Source of the DNA: Neophaeotheca triangularis
Taxonomy: Eukaryota
DNA length: 64,000 bases
Reading direction: 5' to 3'
NCBI GenBank assembly: GCA_054600435.1
Contig: BAAIJX010000010.1
Span: forward strand, 124,001 to 188,000
Part shown: piece after piece, positions 23,395 through 34,775 of the stretch
Numbering within the stretch: the stretch's first letter is position 1
Layout: each line of letters starts with the position of its first letter
Translations under genes and position numbers: made by a program
The notes under the pieces: generated by a model
What the model was told of the DNA's origin: nothing
Databases searched by the model: none
Seen by the model: only the letters and a program-made list of their open reading frames with translations

Positions 23395-24342
23395 TCACAA
23401 CTCCCCCAACTTCGGGATGGCACCCATAGCGCCACTCCTCTCCACAGTCTTGCTCGCCGCCAACGTGGCAAACTCCAAAGCCTTCTCGTAATCAAACGCC
23501 TTCTCTCCCCCCTGCTGCTTAGCCCTTTCAACCGCATACGCACCCACAAACGTGTCCCCGGCAGCAGTCGTGTCCACAACCTTGACCTTCTTCGCCCCAA
23601 CCTTCCCCTTCCGCCCATCCTTTGTCGCGAAAACCAGACCCTCCGACCCCAGCGTAATAACCACAGCGTCCTTGACCCCGAGGCCCAAAAAGTACTCGAC
23701 CAACTCCTCCGCACTCTTCCCCTTATTCCCCTCGCCCGCCAAAATTCCGCTCTCGCTCTCATTCATCACCAACGTCGAAATACAGCCATAAACATCCTCC
23801 GGTACAGGCAACGCAGGCGCCGGGTTAAAGACGGTATGACAGCCCCTCTCACTCGCCAGCCTCAAATTCCTAAAAACCACCTGTGGCGGCACCTCCAGCT
23901 GCATAACCACCACACTCCCCTCTCCCAACCCCTGCGGCAGCAAATCCCACCCGCCACTCTCATTGCTCTCAGCAAACTCATAATTGGCATTGCCACAAAA
24001 CAGAATCCTGTTCTCCCCCTTGCCCTCCTCGACAATGATGTTCGCCACACCCGTTGCCTGGCCTTGGAGTTTGCGCACGCCGCTCGCGTCGATGCCTTCG
24101 CCGGCCAGAGCGTTGAAGTAGTCGGTCCCGAACGTGTCGGCGCCGACTTGGCCGATCATTTGGACGCGGCCTCCCAGGCGAGCGGCTGCCACGGCTTGGT
24201 TGGCGCCTTTGCCGCCGAAACCTGTGCTGAAGCTGGAGGCTGTGAGCGTTTCGCCGCCAGTGGGCATGCGGGGGGTTAGGGTTATGAAGTCGATGTTTAG
24301 GGAGCCGAGGACTGCGATGGGAGCGGGAGTGGTGGTGGCCAT
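23395..24342 (-). CDS. RBK1: Ribokinase (PfkB family)
   Basis: VLGSLNID, GGKGANQAVAAARLG, QLE, NPAPA, NESE, VDTTAAGDTFVG. ATG at 24342. Confidence 0.93.
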   Translation of the reverse strand: MATTTPAPIAVLGSLNIDFITLTPRMPTGGETLTASSFSTGFGGKGANQAVAAARLGGRVQMIGQVGADTFGTDYFNALAGEGIDASGVRKLQGQATGVANIIVEEGKGENRILFCGNANYEFAESNESGGWDLLPQGLGEGSVVVMQLEVPPQVVFRNLRLASERGCHTVFNPAPALPVPEDVYGCISTLVMNESESGILAGEGNKGKSAEELVEYFLGLGVKDAVVITLGSEGLVFATKDGRKGKVGAKKVKVVDTTAAGDTFVGAYAVERAKQQGGEKAFDYEKALEFATLAASKTVERSGAMGAIPKLGEL

Positions 24343-25189
24343 GGTTGGGGGGGTTCGTGGTTTTGGTCTGGTTGTTGCTGGGTTTGTTGACGTTTTTGAA
24401 GTCGAGGGGATGAAGTTTGTAGCTAGATTTGGAGTACGTCGGAGCTGTGGGCAATTTATACAGAAGCAGCGATCGACCAAGACACAGTTGTTTCAAATAA
24501 TGATGCTTTTGTAAGTATTACATGCTAATAACGCTACTTCTTTCCGTCCAATGATAGTAAAAACAAGCCGTGTAGGTAGTCCGGGCCGGGTCACTTTGGA
24601 GTGAGTGCGGTCGATAATTCTTTCTTTGCATGAAAACGGGCCGAGCAGTCGTTGTCGGGACGAGCCTGCTGCCGGTACCGAAAGACACCTCAGCCTTAAG
24701 TTCTCTTGCTCCATCAACGTCAACCGGGCACATCTCTAGTAGTCTGCCTTCGACGTCCACCCCTCTTGCCACCCACCCTCCTGCCATTAGCTCCGTCAAT
24801 TTCTCTCGATTTTTTTCGCTTTTCAAAATTCCGTTGTTGTCGACTCCAATGTTCCAGACATTGCTTTAGAAAGAAAGTGAAGGTACTTTTTCGTCGATCC
24901 GTAATCCTGCATGCTGGGCCTTTTTTCTTTCTTTCTTTTTGGTTTCGGTTTGTTTTAGGGGGGTGTTTTTTTTTTTCGGGTTTGGTGCGTTTGGCGCTTT
25001 TATGATTTTTTTGATCTTTTGTCTTTCTTTCACTGTTCGAACCTCGCTTCTAGACATTGAAGCCGAGTTCAGTACTTCTTCAGCGCAGCGTGACGCTGCG
25101 ACGCTCCGTAGTAGTCGTACTCATAGCGGAAATCCGCGCCAATATCCCATGTTGATCGAGGGGCGCTGATGATGTCCGTGTGGCGGTCA

Positions 25190-28100
25190 TCAACGACCAT
25201 AGCCGTAGCCGTTATATGCATCGGCACCATGCTGACTGTGATATCCATAGGGCGCATCATATCCGTAGTATGCATTCTGCCCGACGCGAGTGTCAGCCCT
25301 GTCATGGTACATGTTATCCTGCACGAATCCCCCGAGACCTCCGTATCCAGCACTCTGCCCGTAACCTACATTTTGCCTTTCTTGGTTGTCGTCCTTCCTG
25401 ACATAGTACATGTTGCCGTGAGCGAAACCTCCCGCGTTGTGGAACCCGGCGTTCTGTTCGTAGTTTGCGCCTTGTCCGTGATGGTTGTAATGCTGAGGGC
25501 GGCCGTAGAAGCCACCGACGTAGTTTCCCTGAGCGTCGACATAGTTGCCGTACTCGTCGAGAAAGAGTGGGCTGCCCGAGTATCCCTCATCGGCGTACTT
25601 GCGCTGCGCCTCAAGTACGGCGGCAGCGGCCCGTCTATCGGCCTCATCCTGAGCAGCAGCCGCGGCAAGACGTCTCGCGTATTCCTGCTCTTGTCTCGCA
25701 TACTCCTCCTCTTGGGCAATCTGCGCGGCACGCTTCTCATTCTCAGCTTTGGCAGCGCACCTAATCGCGGTCCTCTCAAACTCCACAGTCCATGAATCCG
25801 TATCCCGCAGACGCTGTGCCCAGTACTCATCCTCGTCCATGACGGTGGACGGCGCGATGGCAGAGAGTGGCTCGCCGTAGTCAGGCGTGCGCATCTTGAA
25901 GCCGTCAAGGTTGTACGCGGGGTTGTTGCGGCCAGGGCGGAGGTCGGTCTCGTGAAGATCGGAGTCGTGGAGCGACTCGGTGAAGACGAAGCCGGTGGGC
26001 GTGCAGCCAGATTCAGTGTCCGAGGGTTTCTTCTCGCCGCAAACGGGTGATTTTAGTTCATTGCCAGTGTAGTCGGCGCCTTGGGGTGTCTTCTCCAAGG
26101 TGACGGTCGATCCCGTCTTCACGGTACGAGCTGGGATGCTGTACTCATAGCCGCTACTCGTGCAAGCCGAGTCGGAGTCATCAAGAGCTTTCAGGCGGCG
26201 TTTCGACTCTTCAATATCGTTCTCTGGCGGCGTGAAGTCTGGTACGGTGTCCTGGGAGCCGAAGGAGGTGACTGGGGTCATCATCGGGGGCGTGCGGGTC
26301 TTGCGCACATACTTTCTTGGGCCACGAGTAGGGGTGCCTTCCATGTTGCGAGGCTCCTCGTTCTTAGCCACACCCATCTCTTTCATCTTGTTGAACTCCT
26401 GCATGCGATCGAAGGATGTCATGAGGGGCTTGACCTTTTCGCAACACTGACGGCTGCAAGTCGAATTCTTCGTGTAGCCTCCTTCCACCGCAGTGGTAGA
26501 GATGGTAGATGTCGACTCGTGGTTGTGGTCTGGTTGACTGTACAGAGGCGTATGCTGAGCATCGCAGGTGCGAGATTGCTTAGCCTTCTTCTTCTCCTGC
26601 TCCTTCGGCATAAGGATTTTCTGAATCGTTAGCATCAATGCCGGCAAGAACGCGCTTGAAGGCTTGCAGATACCAACCTCGTGCTCTCGATCCAAGCGCG
26701 CAGCTTCGGCGGTGATATAGCGGCGTGCACGATCCACACGGTCGCGTGTACTCTGTGTTGGGGTAGCCGACTCATTGCTCTTTGCAGACATGTCTTCGAA
26801 AGATCGGTTGCCGTCAAGCTGGGGGACAGGATTCCACGAGCCAGCAGCGTCACCCTGATCCCATGTCTGACCGCCACGCCTGTTGCCCTGCTTACTGCTG
26901 CGCCGAGATGTTTCTCCCCATGCTTCGCCCTTGTCCCAAGTGGGAGCTTTGTCTGCGATGTTAGCGGCTGAGTGCTTGGTGGCTTTGCTCTCACACTCAC
27001 TCTCTACGGTGGGAGGCTTATAGTTGCTGGTAAAGCCGGTGACACCGTGCACATGGGACAACTTAGAGCGCACAGAAGCACCTCCGCGCACGCTACTCGA
27101 GGCGCGTTCCCCAACCTCACTGTGGATGGGGGAGCCCGCCTTGGCTTGCAGAAATTCCTGGTAGCTCATGTTGACGCCTGGACCCCTGATGGCAGATTCA
27201 GGCGGCGAGGCGAAACGTGTGGGAGCTTCGCTGAGCGGGTGCGGCGAGATCCAACCACGGCCGGCAAATACCGTCTTTGGACCGGCGCTGGAATTGCGGG
27301 ATTTGCGCAGTGCACGCTCAATGGCTGAAGCGTGAAGGCTTGCAGTCTCATTGTTGGGAGAAGCCTCCAAGGGCGCTGCAAAGTCGCGATGCTCGTGGTC
27401 GATGACCGCCGGGTAGCTCTTCTTACTCTGCTTGCTGTCCGTGTCCCAACGTTGGTCCTTCGAGTTTGGAATGCCGAGAGCCGCATTCTTCTGGAGAGTG
27501 TCCCAGCCTGCAAAAGATGCTGGCTTGGGAGGATTTTTGGGGCCTGCGTTTGAGGCGATGCGAGAATGTCTGTTGTTCTTCTTTGAGCTCCCGCCACGCA
27601 GGTCAGAGCCGTTCCAGTCTTCGCCAAAGCCCGCGAAGTTGTGTTCTTCAGTCTTCTTGGACCTCTGAGAAGACGATTTCGTTGGGTACTCTAGAGCATC
27701 CCCTTTTCCTGCAGCAGAAAGGTGCTTGGAGATAAAGGCGCCTCGCAAAGTCGGTTGCTTTTCGGTGCGCTTCTCGTCAGTGATCTCGTCTACCTGGACA
27801 TTCTTCTGTTTCGTGGCAGCATCCTTCTTGGCCTGTTTCTGCTGTTGTCTCTTCTCCTTCTTGCTTAAGCCTTTATCGACTTCAGCAGGACGCGCAAAAT
27901 CTTCCTTTCGTGGTTCTTGTCTGCGCTCCGAGTGTTTCCGGTCATCGAGTTTGTCGCTTTTGGCAGGATGCGCTGGCTCGGCCTTTGCTGGCTCTTGTCT
28001 GTGCTCTGAGTGCTTCCGGTCGTGAAATTTGCCGCTCTGCTTTGCTTGAGCCGAATGATTCCTGCGCGCCCAGTGTCGATCTTCGCTGTCCTCCTCGGCC

Positions 28101-28786
28101 TGTTTTGCCTGGACTTGCTTGGAAACTTCAGGGATCTCATGGATATGCTCACGAGCAGCACGTGGGTTCGGTCCAGTCCTTCTGAGGTTGGTTGGGATCT
28201 CCATGATGGTTTCGCGACCGTCTTTGGCACGAATAATAACCTTTTCTCTCGGGAAAGAGTCACGTGGGGTAGGTTTGCGGATTTCAGGTACGTCGAAGTT
28301 GGGAGTGGGTGCTCTGCCTTTGGCCTTGTCGTCCTTAGTCGGTTCTGCAAAGGCTGGCATGTGCTTGGGCATGTTGAACGTCTTGAGTTGAGAGGGTGCT
28401 TCACGCGCAGCTGGCTTTGCGGCCTCACTAATGCGGCGTTCGTGGGGATGCGCAATGGACTCAGCATTGGCTTTGCGCGCAGCCTCTTCTTCAGCCGCTT
28501 GCCTATCCGCAGATTCCTTGAGCAACTTCTTCAGAAGCTCCTTGGGGATCGGCTCCTGGCGACGCCCTTCTCCAGTGGACTTGCGAGGCACATCGCGTGA
28601 GACAGGTGCTCGAGCGGCATCAACGTACGAGCTTTCGCCGCTTCTGACCTCCCAAGGGCCTTGACGTGCGACGTTGTATCTTAGGTGAGGATTTTCGCTG
28701 TGTTGTGAGGGGGTGTGGCGCGGACGCTGGGCGCTGCGCTTGGGAGCGAAGTTCGGGTCTATCGTGCTTTCGTCTTCAAGCGCCAT
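25190..28786 (-). CDS. Large low-complexity hypothetical protein; possibly two genes (28786-26580 and 26422-25190)
   Basis: 1215-codon open frame, first ATG in good context at 28786. Internal intron-like segment 26621-26677. No recognisable domain. Confidence 0.6.
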   Translation of the reverse strand: MALEDESTIDPNFAPKRSAQRPRHTPSQHSENPHLRYNVARQGPWEVRSGESSYVDAARAPVSRDVPRKSTGEGRRQEPIPKELLKKLLKESADRQAAEEEAARKANAESIAHPHERRISEAAKPAAREAPSQLKTFNMPKHMPAFAEPTKDDKAKGRAPTPNFDVPEIRKPTPRDSFPREKVIIRAKDGRETIMEIPTNLRRTGPNPRAAREHIHEIPEVSKQVQAKQAEEDSEDRHWARRNHSAQAKQSGKFHDRKHSEHRQEPAKAEPAHPAKSDKLDDRKHSERRQEPRKEDFARPAEVDKGLSKKEKRQQQKQAKKDAATKQKNVQVDEITDEKRTEKQPTLRGAFISKHLSAAGKGDALEYPTKSSSQRSKKTEEHNFAGFGEDWNGSDLRGGSSKKNNRHSRIASNAGPKNPPKPASFAGWDTLQKNAALGIPNSKDQRWDTDSKQSKKSYPAVIDHEHRDFAAPLEASPNNETASLHASAIERALRKSRNSSAGPKTVFAGRGWISPHPLSEAPTRFASPPESAIRGPGVNMSYQEFLQAKAGSPIHSEVGERASSSVRGGASVRSKLSHVHGVTGFTSNYKPPTVESECESKATKHSAANIADKAPTWDKGEAWGETSRRSSKQGNRRGGQTWDQGDAAGSWNPVPQLDGNRSFEDMSAKSNESATPTQSTRDRVDRARRYITAEAARLDREHEVGICKPSSAFLPALMLTIQKILMPKEQEKKKAKQSRTCDAQHTPLYSQPDHNHESTSTISTTAVEGGYTKNSTCSRQCCEKVKPLMTSFDRMQEFNKMKEMGVAKNEEPRNMEGTPTRGPRKYVRKTRTPPMMTPVTSFGSQDTVPDFTPPENDIEESKRRLKALDDSDSACTSSGYEYSIPARTVKTGSTVTLEKTPQGADYTGNELKSPVCGEKKPSDTESGCTPTGFVFTESLHDSDLHETDLRPGRNNPAYNLDGFKMRTPDYGEPLSAIAPSTVMDEDEYWAQRLRDTDSWTVEFERTAIRCAAKAENEKRAAQIAQEEEYARQEQEYARRLAAAAAQDEADRRAAAAVLEAQRKYADEGYSGSPLFLDEYGNYVDAQGNYVGGFYGRPQHYNHHGQGANYEQNAGFHNAGGFAHGNMYYVRKDDNQERQNVGYGQSAGYGGLGGFVQDNMYHDRADTRVGQNAYYGYDAPYGYHSQHGADAYNGYGYGR

Positions 28787-29247
28787 GCTGGCGGAGGGGT
28801 GCTGTTGTCTTGTTGCAGTGCGGTTGAAGGCGAGCAAGCGATAGCGATGAGGGTGAGCTCCAAGCTCGTGCAGAGCCAGGTAGTGTGACAGTCACAAGCG
28901 TAGAGTACTGACAGAAAGCGAGGAGCCAAGTATGCGCGCGTGCAATGTTAAGGAAGTAGAGTGAGCGAAGAGGGAGTATGTAAAATGTAGGGAAGGTTAC
29001 CAAGTGAGAATTGAAAAGTGAGCCTAGGTCTGTTTGCTCACTTGGCTGCGTGGGCGACAACGGGGGTCCGAGCTCAGGAGATGACGCCAAGGTCACGATG
29101 CACAATTGGGAGACGGCGACATACTAAACGCACAAAGACCGCGAATTTATGCGCTCTTTTATCTTGGCCAACTTTTGTGACCGAGGGGTGTAGTTCGCTT
29201 TGATCGTATCGGTCATATCTTCGTACTCGTGGCGCCGCTCGTGGCTA

Positions 29248-30069
29248 TCAAAGCTTGGCCTTCTCCCTGTGCTGTTCTTGTTCCCATTGCCTCCTGATCC
29301 ACCAACCCCTGACATAACTCCAGCACCCGCTTGCAATCCCCAGAGGCGGACACAGAAGGAGCAGCCATGCCCACCACTGGGGGCTCTTGTTCTTGACCTC
29401 GACCATGACATTGTCGATCTGTCTCTTGAGATCGTCCTTGTCTTTGTCGTTCCACACCACAACACCAGCCCCCTTTCCCCTTCTCAAGCATCTCTCAGCC
29501 TTATCCCTCACGTCCCACTGGCTCTGCACTCGGTTGCGAGCATCCTCTTCGGAAAGATGGTCATCCCGCGCTCGTAGCCTTTGCATCTGTACTGCAGGAT
29601 CATGCACTGCGACCACCAGGATAGTACCGCATAGTGGTTCCCACCCACTCTCAAACAGCAGCGGCACGTCGAGCACCACAGCCCAGTTGCCCCTCAAGTA
29701 CGCCAGCAGCATTTGCCTGTACATCTCCGTCCTCACTGCTGGATGCACGATCCCATTGAGAGTCTTCCTGTCTTTCTCGAGCCCGGACCCAAATACTCTC
29801 CGCCCTAGAGCTGGTCGATTGAGCGGTCTACCTTTGCCATTGGGGCCGTTCTCGCCACCGTTCTCAGGTGTCGCTGGGACTAAGAGATCAGGGGTATCGG
29901 GACCGAAGTGAGAGATTATGGCGTTGTAGCCGGATGTGCCTGGTTCGACTACCTGCCGTGCGATCTTGTCCGCATCGATGATGGGGAGGTCGTACGGCGG
30001 CGATGAGAGCAGTGACGAGACTGTCGACTTGCCCGTGGCAATACTACCAGTGAGGCCTAGGAGGAGCAT
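29248..30069 (-). CDS. CAB5: Dephospho-CoA kinase (CoaE family) with C-terminal TM segment
   Basis: MLLLGLTGSIATGKSTV P-loop, IIDADKIARQVV, LNRPALG, LNGIVHPAV, LDVPLLFE. Confidence 0.93.
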   Translation of the reverse strand: MLLLGLTGSIATGKSTVSSLLSSPPYDLPIIDADKIARQVVEPGTSGYNAIISHFGPDTPDLLVPATPENGGENGPNGKGRPLNRPALGRRVFGSGLEKDRKTLNGIVHPAVRTEMYRQMLLAYLRGNWAVVLDVPLLFESGWEPLCGTILVVAVHDPAVQMQRLRARDDHLSEEDARNRVQSQWDVRDKAERCLRRGKGAGVVVWNDKDKDDLKRQIDNVMVEVKNKSPQWWAWLLLLCPPLGIASGCWSYVRGWWIRRQWEQEQHREKAKL

Positions 30070-30473
30070 CTTGTTGTCTCTTTTGTTTGCGCTGCACTTA
30101 GTTGAGAAGGTCAATACTTCGTCTCGACCTGGAAGCTTGAAGTGATAGGCAAAGCTCCACAACAGCCGAGGTCGAGCTTCAGCCCTTGATGCCTAAGGCA
30201 TATGTGCAGCTTACTTCACTCAAGTGATAACGCGACCGAAGCACGTGCTAAGGCTGTCAATGATGGCATTTCCGACTCTCACTGCACTCGAGGGCTCATT
30301 GCCAGATTCAAGGCGTCTCTTACTGCCCAGTCAGGTGTAGTTAATCAATCCAACATTCCCATGGAAGAAGCACCATGAAATTCATCTGTCTATCTCATAC
30401 CAGCCATCACCTTCTCAAAAAAACCATAAAACAACGCAAACGTCTCCCCGAGCAATCAAAGTCAACACCGACC

Positions 30474-33400
30474 TCAACCACACCACCTCCTTGCACTCCT
30501 AAACATCCTAACCCACGGCCCAAACTCACCCCACTGCTCCCTAACCTCCTTCGGCGGCAGATAACTGCCCACCTCCCTCATGATCGTCCTCTCGGGATGC
30601 GGCATCAGCGCCAAAACCCTTCCATCCGGCGTTCGCACACCTGTAATACCACCCGGGCTGCCGTTGGGGTTGTAAGGGTACTTCTCTGTAGGCTTGAGGT
30701 AGTTGTCCACGTAGCGCATGCTCACGAGACCTTGCTCTGTAAAAGCCTCGGGGGTGGAACCACCCGTGGGCGCAAAGTTGGCACGGCCCTCACCGTGCGC
30801 GGTGACGATGGGAAGGTAGGAGCCGTGCATGCCGTGCAAAAAGACTGAAGGCTGCTGAGCCGGGGGCTCGGTGATTTCGACCATGCAGACGCGTGCTTCG
30901 TATTGCTCGCTCACGTTTCGCTCGAAAGTAGGCCAGCTTTCTGCGCCGGGAATAAGGTCCGTCATGCGGCTGAGGAATTGGCAGCCGTTGCAGACACCTA
31001 GTGCGAAAGTATCTTTGCGCTCGAAGAAGTTTTTGAAATCGTTGCGGGCGCCTTCGTGCAAGAGGGCGGACTTGGCCCAGCCTTGGCCTGCGCCTAGGAC
31101 GTCGCCGTAGCTGAAACCGCCGCAGGCTGCAAGACCTACTACGGAGGCGAGGGAGAAGCGGCCAGAGAGGACGTCGGTCATGTGGACGTCGATGGGGCTG
31201 AAGCCTGCTGAGGCGAATGCAAAGGCCATTTCGGCTTGCCCGTTGACACCTTGTTCGCGGAGGATGGCGACGCGAGGTTTGGCTCGGAGTTGAGCGGTTA
31301 GGGATGCGGAGAGGGGAATAATGTTCTCTTGTGGCTTGTAGGTGAGCTTGTAGCGTAGGCCAGGATCGGCATCGTCGGTCATGTTGTTGCTCTCTGCGTC
31401 TGCACACTCTGGATTGTCACGTAGCTTTTGCATTGCGTACGATGTTTGCGACCATGTTTGCTGCAAGCTTGCACGGGGCGAGCGGTAGACGCAGTCTGCA
31501 CCATACCAGATGTTGAGATCTTGCTTGTCTTTCTTCGGAATACTGCCAATCGTGATGGGAGACAGAGGAGCAAAGCAGCCTCTGAACTCATTCTCATCCT
31601 TCTTCCGTACTTGGAAGACGGCACCCAGCTCTTCGTTGAACAGTGTCTCGATGACATCCTGCGGCCTGCCAGACTTGGTGATCCTGTCAAGGGAAATGTT
31701 GGCACCACACCTGCCTGCAAACATCATTTCCGCAATGGTCGTGAAAAGTCCACCGTCTGAGCGGTCGTGGTATGCCAAGACCAAATTCGACTCATGCAGC
31801 TGCTCGGTAGCATGGTAAAAGTCTTTGATAGAGTCCGCATCGTGCACGTCAGGCGTAGCGTTGCCGATTTGACCAAACACTTGTGCGAGCGCTGAGCCAC
31901 CAAGTGCCTTACGCCCGCCGGCAAGGTCGACCATGATCAGCACTGTCTCGCCAACATCTTCAGGCCGTCTCAGTGCTGGGGTCCAAGTACTACTGAGATC
32001 GTTGACGGGCGCGAAAGCAGAGATGACAAGCGACAATGGCGCAGTCACTTCCTTGCCCTCCCATTTGGTCTTCATAGACATCGAGTCCTTTCCAACGGGT
32101 ATGCTGATTCCCAGTTCAGGGCAGAGCTCCATTCCAATCGCCTCGACAGCCTCGTAGAGAGCTGCGCCCTCACCTGGGTGGCCACTCGCTGCCATCCAGT
32201 TTGCTGACAATCTCACACGGCTAAGTCTGTTCGGCAAGCTGGCAGCGGCGATGTTCATCAGAGACTCTGCCACCGCCATTCGAGCCGAAGCAGCCGCTGA
32301 TATCAACGCTAGGTTAGGCTTCTCTCCCATAGCCATCGCTTCGCCTGTTTGGATGCCTGGTGTGAGCGAGGTAGCGGTCACAGAGACGTCAGCGACAGGA
32401 GTTTGCCATGGACCGACCATCTGGTCGCGCACAGTGAGGCCACCCACAGTTCGGTCAGCAATGGTGATGAGGAAGGACTTTGAGCCGACAGCAGGTAGAG
32501 CGAGAACACGATCCACGGCGTTGCCAAGAACATTCTGGGCGGGAACCTTAGGTAGGTAGGTGGTAAGGCTGCTATCGAAAGCCGGCAGCCGCAACTTCCT
32601 CGAGTCAACGGTCCTTGTCATCTTAGGTGGCTTGCCGAAAAGAATAGGCATCGGTAGATCAATGGGCGTCGGTTCGTCTTCCGAATCGCGATCCATGAGA
32701 ATCAGGCGCTTTTCCTTCTGAGACTTGCCGACCACTGAAAAGCCGCAGCGCTCGCGCTTCGCAATCTTGGTGAACTGTGTCAGCCTGTCTGGTGCGACGG
32801 CCATCACGTACCGCTCCTGTGCCTCGCAACACCAGATCTGCAGCGGACTGAGACTCTTGTCCGCATTGTCCACCTCGCGCAACTCGAAACGAGCACCATA
32901 GCCTCCATCCTCAGCAAGCTCCGGCAGCGCATTAGAGAGGCCTCCAGCGCCAACGTCGTGGATGAACTGAATGGGGTTATGCTCACCGAGCGACGTGCAG
33001 GTGTTGATGACCTCTTGCGCCCGGCGTTGGACTTCTGCGTTCCCTCGCTGTACGCTTGCAAAGTCCAAGTCGACGCTCCCTTCACCGGATTGGATGCTAG
33101 AAGCGGCTCCGCCACCAAGACCAATGAGCATTGCCGGTCCACCAAGTACAATCAAGTGAGCACCGGCGCTCATGTCGCCTTTATTCTTCAGAGCATGCTG
33201 AGGCCTGACCGTGCCAACACCTCCAGCAATCATGATGGGTTTATGGTAGCCTCTGATTTCGGTCTTACCATCTTCAATGGGTAGGTTCGTCGTCAAAGTT
33301 CGGAAGTATCCTGTGGTACAGGGTCGTCCAAATTCGTTGTTGAAGGCAGCGCTACCGATAGGTGCTTCAAGCATGATGTCTAAGCTGCTTGCAAGATGCG

Positions 33401-34532
33401 CAGGCTTGCCAACGTCGAGTTCCCATGGTTGTAGCTGGCCTGGAATGAGCAGGTCTGAAACACTGAACCCAGCAAGCCCAGCCTTTGGTTTCGAGCCCCG
33501 GCCTACAGCGCCCTCGTCTCTGATCTCCCCTCCCGATCCTGTGGCAGCTCCAGGATATGGCGAGACGGCAGTGGGATGGTTGTGCGTTTCAACCTTGCCG
33601 AGGTAATGAACAACTTCCTTCGTTTGCCGCCACTCTCCGGACGCATCCTCAGGGGCCCAATGCGCGCCTGGTTCTCCTTGCATGACAGCAGCATTGTCAC
33701 TGTAAGCGCTGATGACGTGCTGAGGGTGCTTTTTGTGAGTGTTACGAATCATCGAGAACAGGCTGTTGTCCTTTTTCTCGCCATCAATCGTCCATTCGGC
33801 GTTGAATTGCTTGTGCCTGCAGTGCTCCGAGTTGACTTGAGCAAACATGAAGAGTTCGACATCCGTCGGATCGCGTTGAAGCTGATTGGCATAAGCTTCG
33901 ATAAGGTAGTCCATCTCGGACGCATCAAGGGCAAGACCAAGCGTTCGGTTGGCGTCCTCTAAAGCTGCCTTTGGATTCGACGACCCTTGAAGGGCAACTC
34001 TTTGCAGTGGGGCGGGAGGCAGCTGTGCAAACATCGTATCAAGGTCGGGTTCACGCAACCCAATGCTTTCGGTCATTCTGTCATGTAAAGTGTCGGCGTT
34101 GGGAATCTCTGCTGGAGCTTCGCCGTCGAAAGTGGCAGCGAAGATGACTCCACGTTCGATTCTTTTCACATCCTTGTCGAGACCACAGACATGAGCGATG
34201 CTCGTGGCTTTTGAGCTCCATGGCGAGATCGTGCCTGGACGAGGTGTGACATAGAACAACTGAATGTTTGGGTCATCTGGTTGGCTGCTGTTGACTACGG
34301 CTTTCATGAGAGCGCTGTAGAGCTGATCCTTCGAGTCCGGATACGATCCATACTCGAGTAACTGATCAAGAAGTGAAATCTGTTCCGCCAGCAGAGTTTG
34401 GTATGAGGCAACATAGTGAACCCATATTGCTTGTAGACTTTTCGCTCCAATCGCCGAAGCGATGCGTTTGAGACGGAAATCGGAAAATGCTGCAGCGCCC
34501 GGGAACGCTCTGTAATAGTCTTGCGAGGCCAT
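30474..34532 (-). CDS. ADE6: Phosphoribosylformylglycinamidine synthase
   Basis: [68 protein letters not shown] 34532. Confidence 0.98.
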   Translation of the reverse strand: MASQDYYRAFPGAAAFSDFRLKRIASAIGAKSLQAIWVHYVASYQTLLAEQISLLDQLLEYGSYPDSKDQLYSALMKAVVNSSQPDDPNIQLFYVTPRPGTISPWSSKATSIAHVCGLDKDVKRIERGVIFAATFDGEAPAEIPNADTLHDRMTESIGLREPDLDTMFAQLPPAPLQRVALQGSSNPKAALEDANRTLGLALDASEMDYLIEAYANQLQRDPTDVELFMFAQVNSEHCRHKQFNAEWTIDGEKKDNSLFSMIRNTHKKHPQHVISAYSDNAAVMQGEPGAHWAPEDASGEWRQTKEVVHYLGKVETHNHPTAVSPYPGAATGSGGEIRDEGAVGRGSKPKAGLAGFSVSDLLIPGQLQPWELDVGKPAHLASSLDIMLEAPIGSAAFNNEFGRPCTTGYFRTLTTNLPIEDGKTEIRGYHKPIMIAGGVGTVRPQHALKNKGDMSAGAHLIVLGGPAMLIGLGGGAASSIQSGEGSVDLDFASVQRGNAEVQRRAQEVINTCTSLGEHNPIQFIHDVGAGGLSNALPELAEDGGYGARFELREVDNADKSLSPLQIWCCEAQERYVMAVAPDRLTQFTKIAKRERCGFSVVGKSQKEKRLILMDRDSEDEPTPIDLPMPILFGKPPKMTRTVDSRKLRLPAFDSSLTTYLPKVPAQNVLGNAVDRVLALPAVGSKSFLITIADRTVGGLTVRDQMVGPWQTPVADVSVTATSLTPGIQTGEAMAMGEKPNLALISAAASARMAVAESLMNIAAASLPNRLSRVRLSANWMAASGHPGEGAALYEAVEAIGMELCPELGISIPVGKDSMSMKTKWEGKEVTAPLSLVISAFAPVNDLSSTWTPALRRPEDVGETVLIMVDLAGGRKALGGSALAQVFGQIGNATPDVHDADSIKDFYHATEQLHESNLVLAYHDRSDGGLFTTIAEMMFAGRCGANISLDRITKSGRPQDVIETLFNEELGAVFQVRKKDENEFRGCFAPLSPITIGSIPKKDKQDLNIWYGADCVYRSPRASLQQTWSQTSYAMQKLRDNPECADAESNNMTDDADPGLRYKLTYKPQENIIPLSASLTAQLRAKPRVAILREQGVNGQAEMAFAFASAGFSPIDVHMTDVLSGRFSLASVVGLAACGGFSYGDVLGAGQGWAKSALLHEGARNDFKNFFERKDTFALGVCNGCQFLSRMTDLIPGAESWPTFERNVSEQYEARVCMVEITEPPAQQPSVFLHGMHGSYLPIVTAHGEGRANFAPTGGSTPEAFTEQGLVSMRYVDNYLKPTEKYPYNPNGSPGGITGVRTPDGRVLALMPHPERTIMREVGSYLPPKEVREQWGEFGPWVRMFRSARRWCG

Positions 34533-34775
34533 TTCGTATTGCCTTACCAGTGCAACACCGCCGGAGAGGTACTGAAGCCCAACCCAGAGACTGTCGGGAT
34601 GGACGACGTGACTGATACAAGTAATGGAATTTGACATTTATTAGAGAAGCTGAAATGTTGTGGCTCGTGCGTTTGCTTTTCACAAAGCTAAGCTCAATGT
34701 AGACTAGCGCGCTTGCTTGCTTCACCTCCCTCCCTTCCAAGTTGCTCCCATTTCCTCCTCTACGTACTCTCAATA

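Noticed and set aside
24518..25057. Short ORFs and T-rich tracts
   Set aside because: Low complexity; best explained as the 3' UTR of the minus-strand gene plus the ribokinase promoter.
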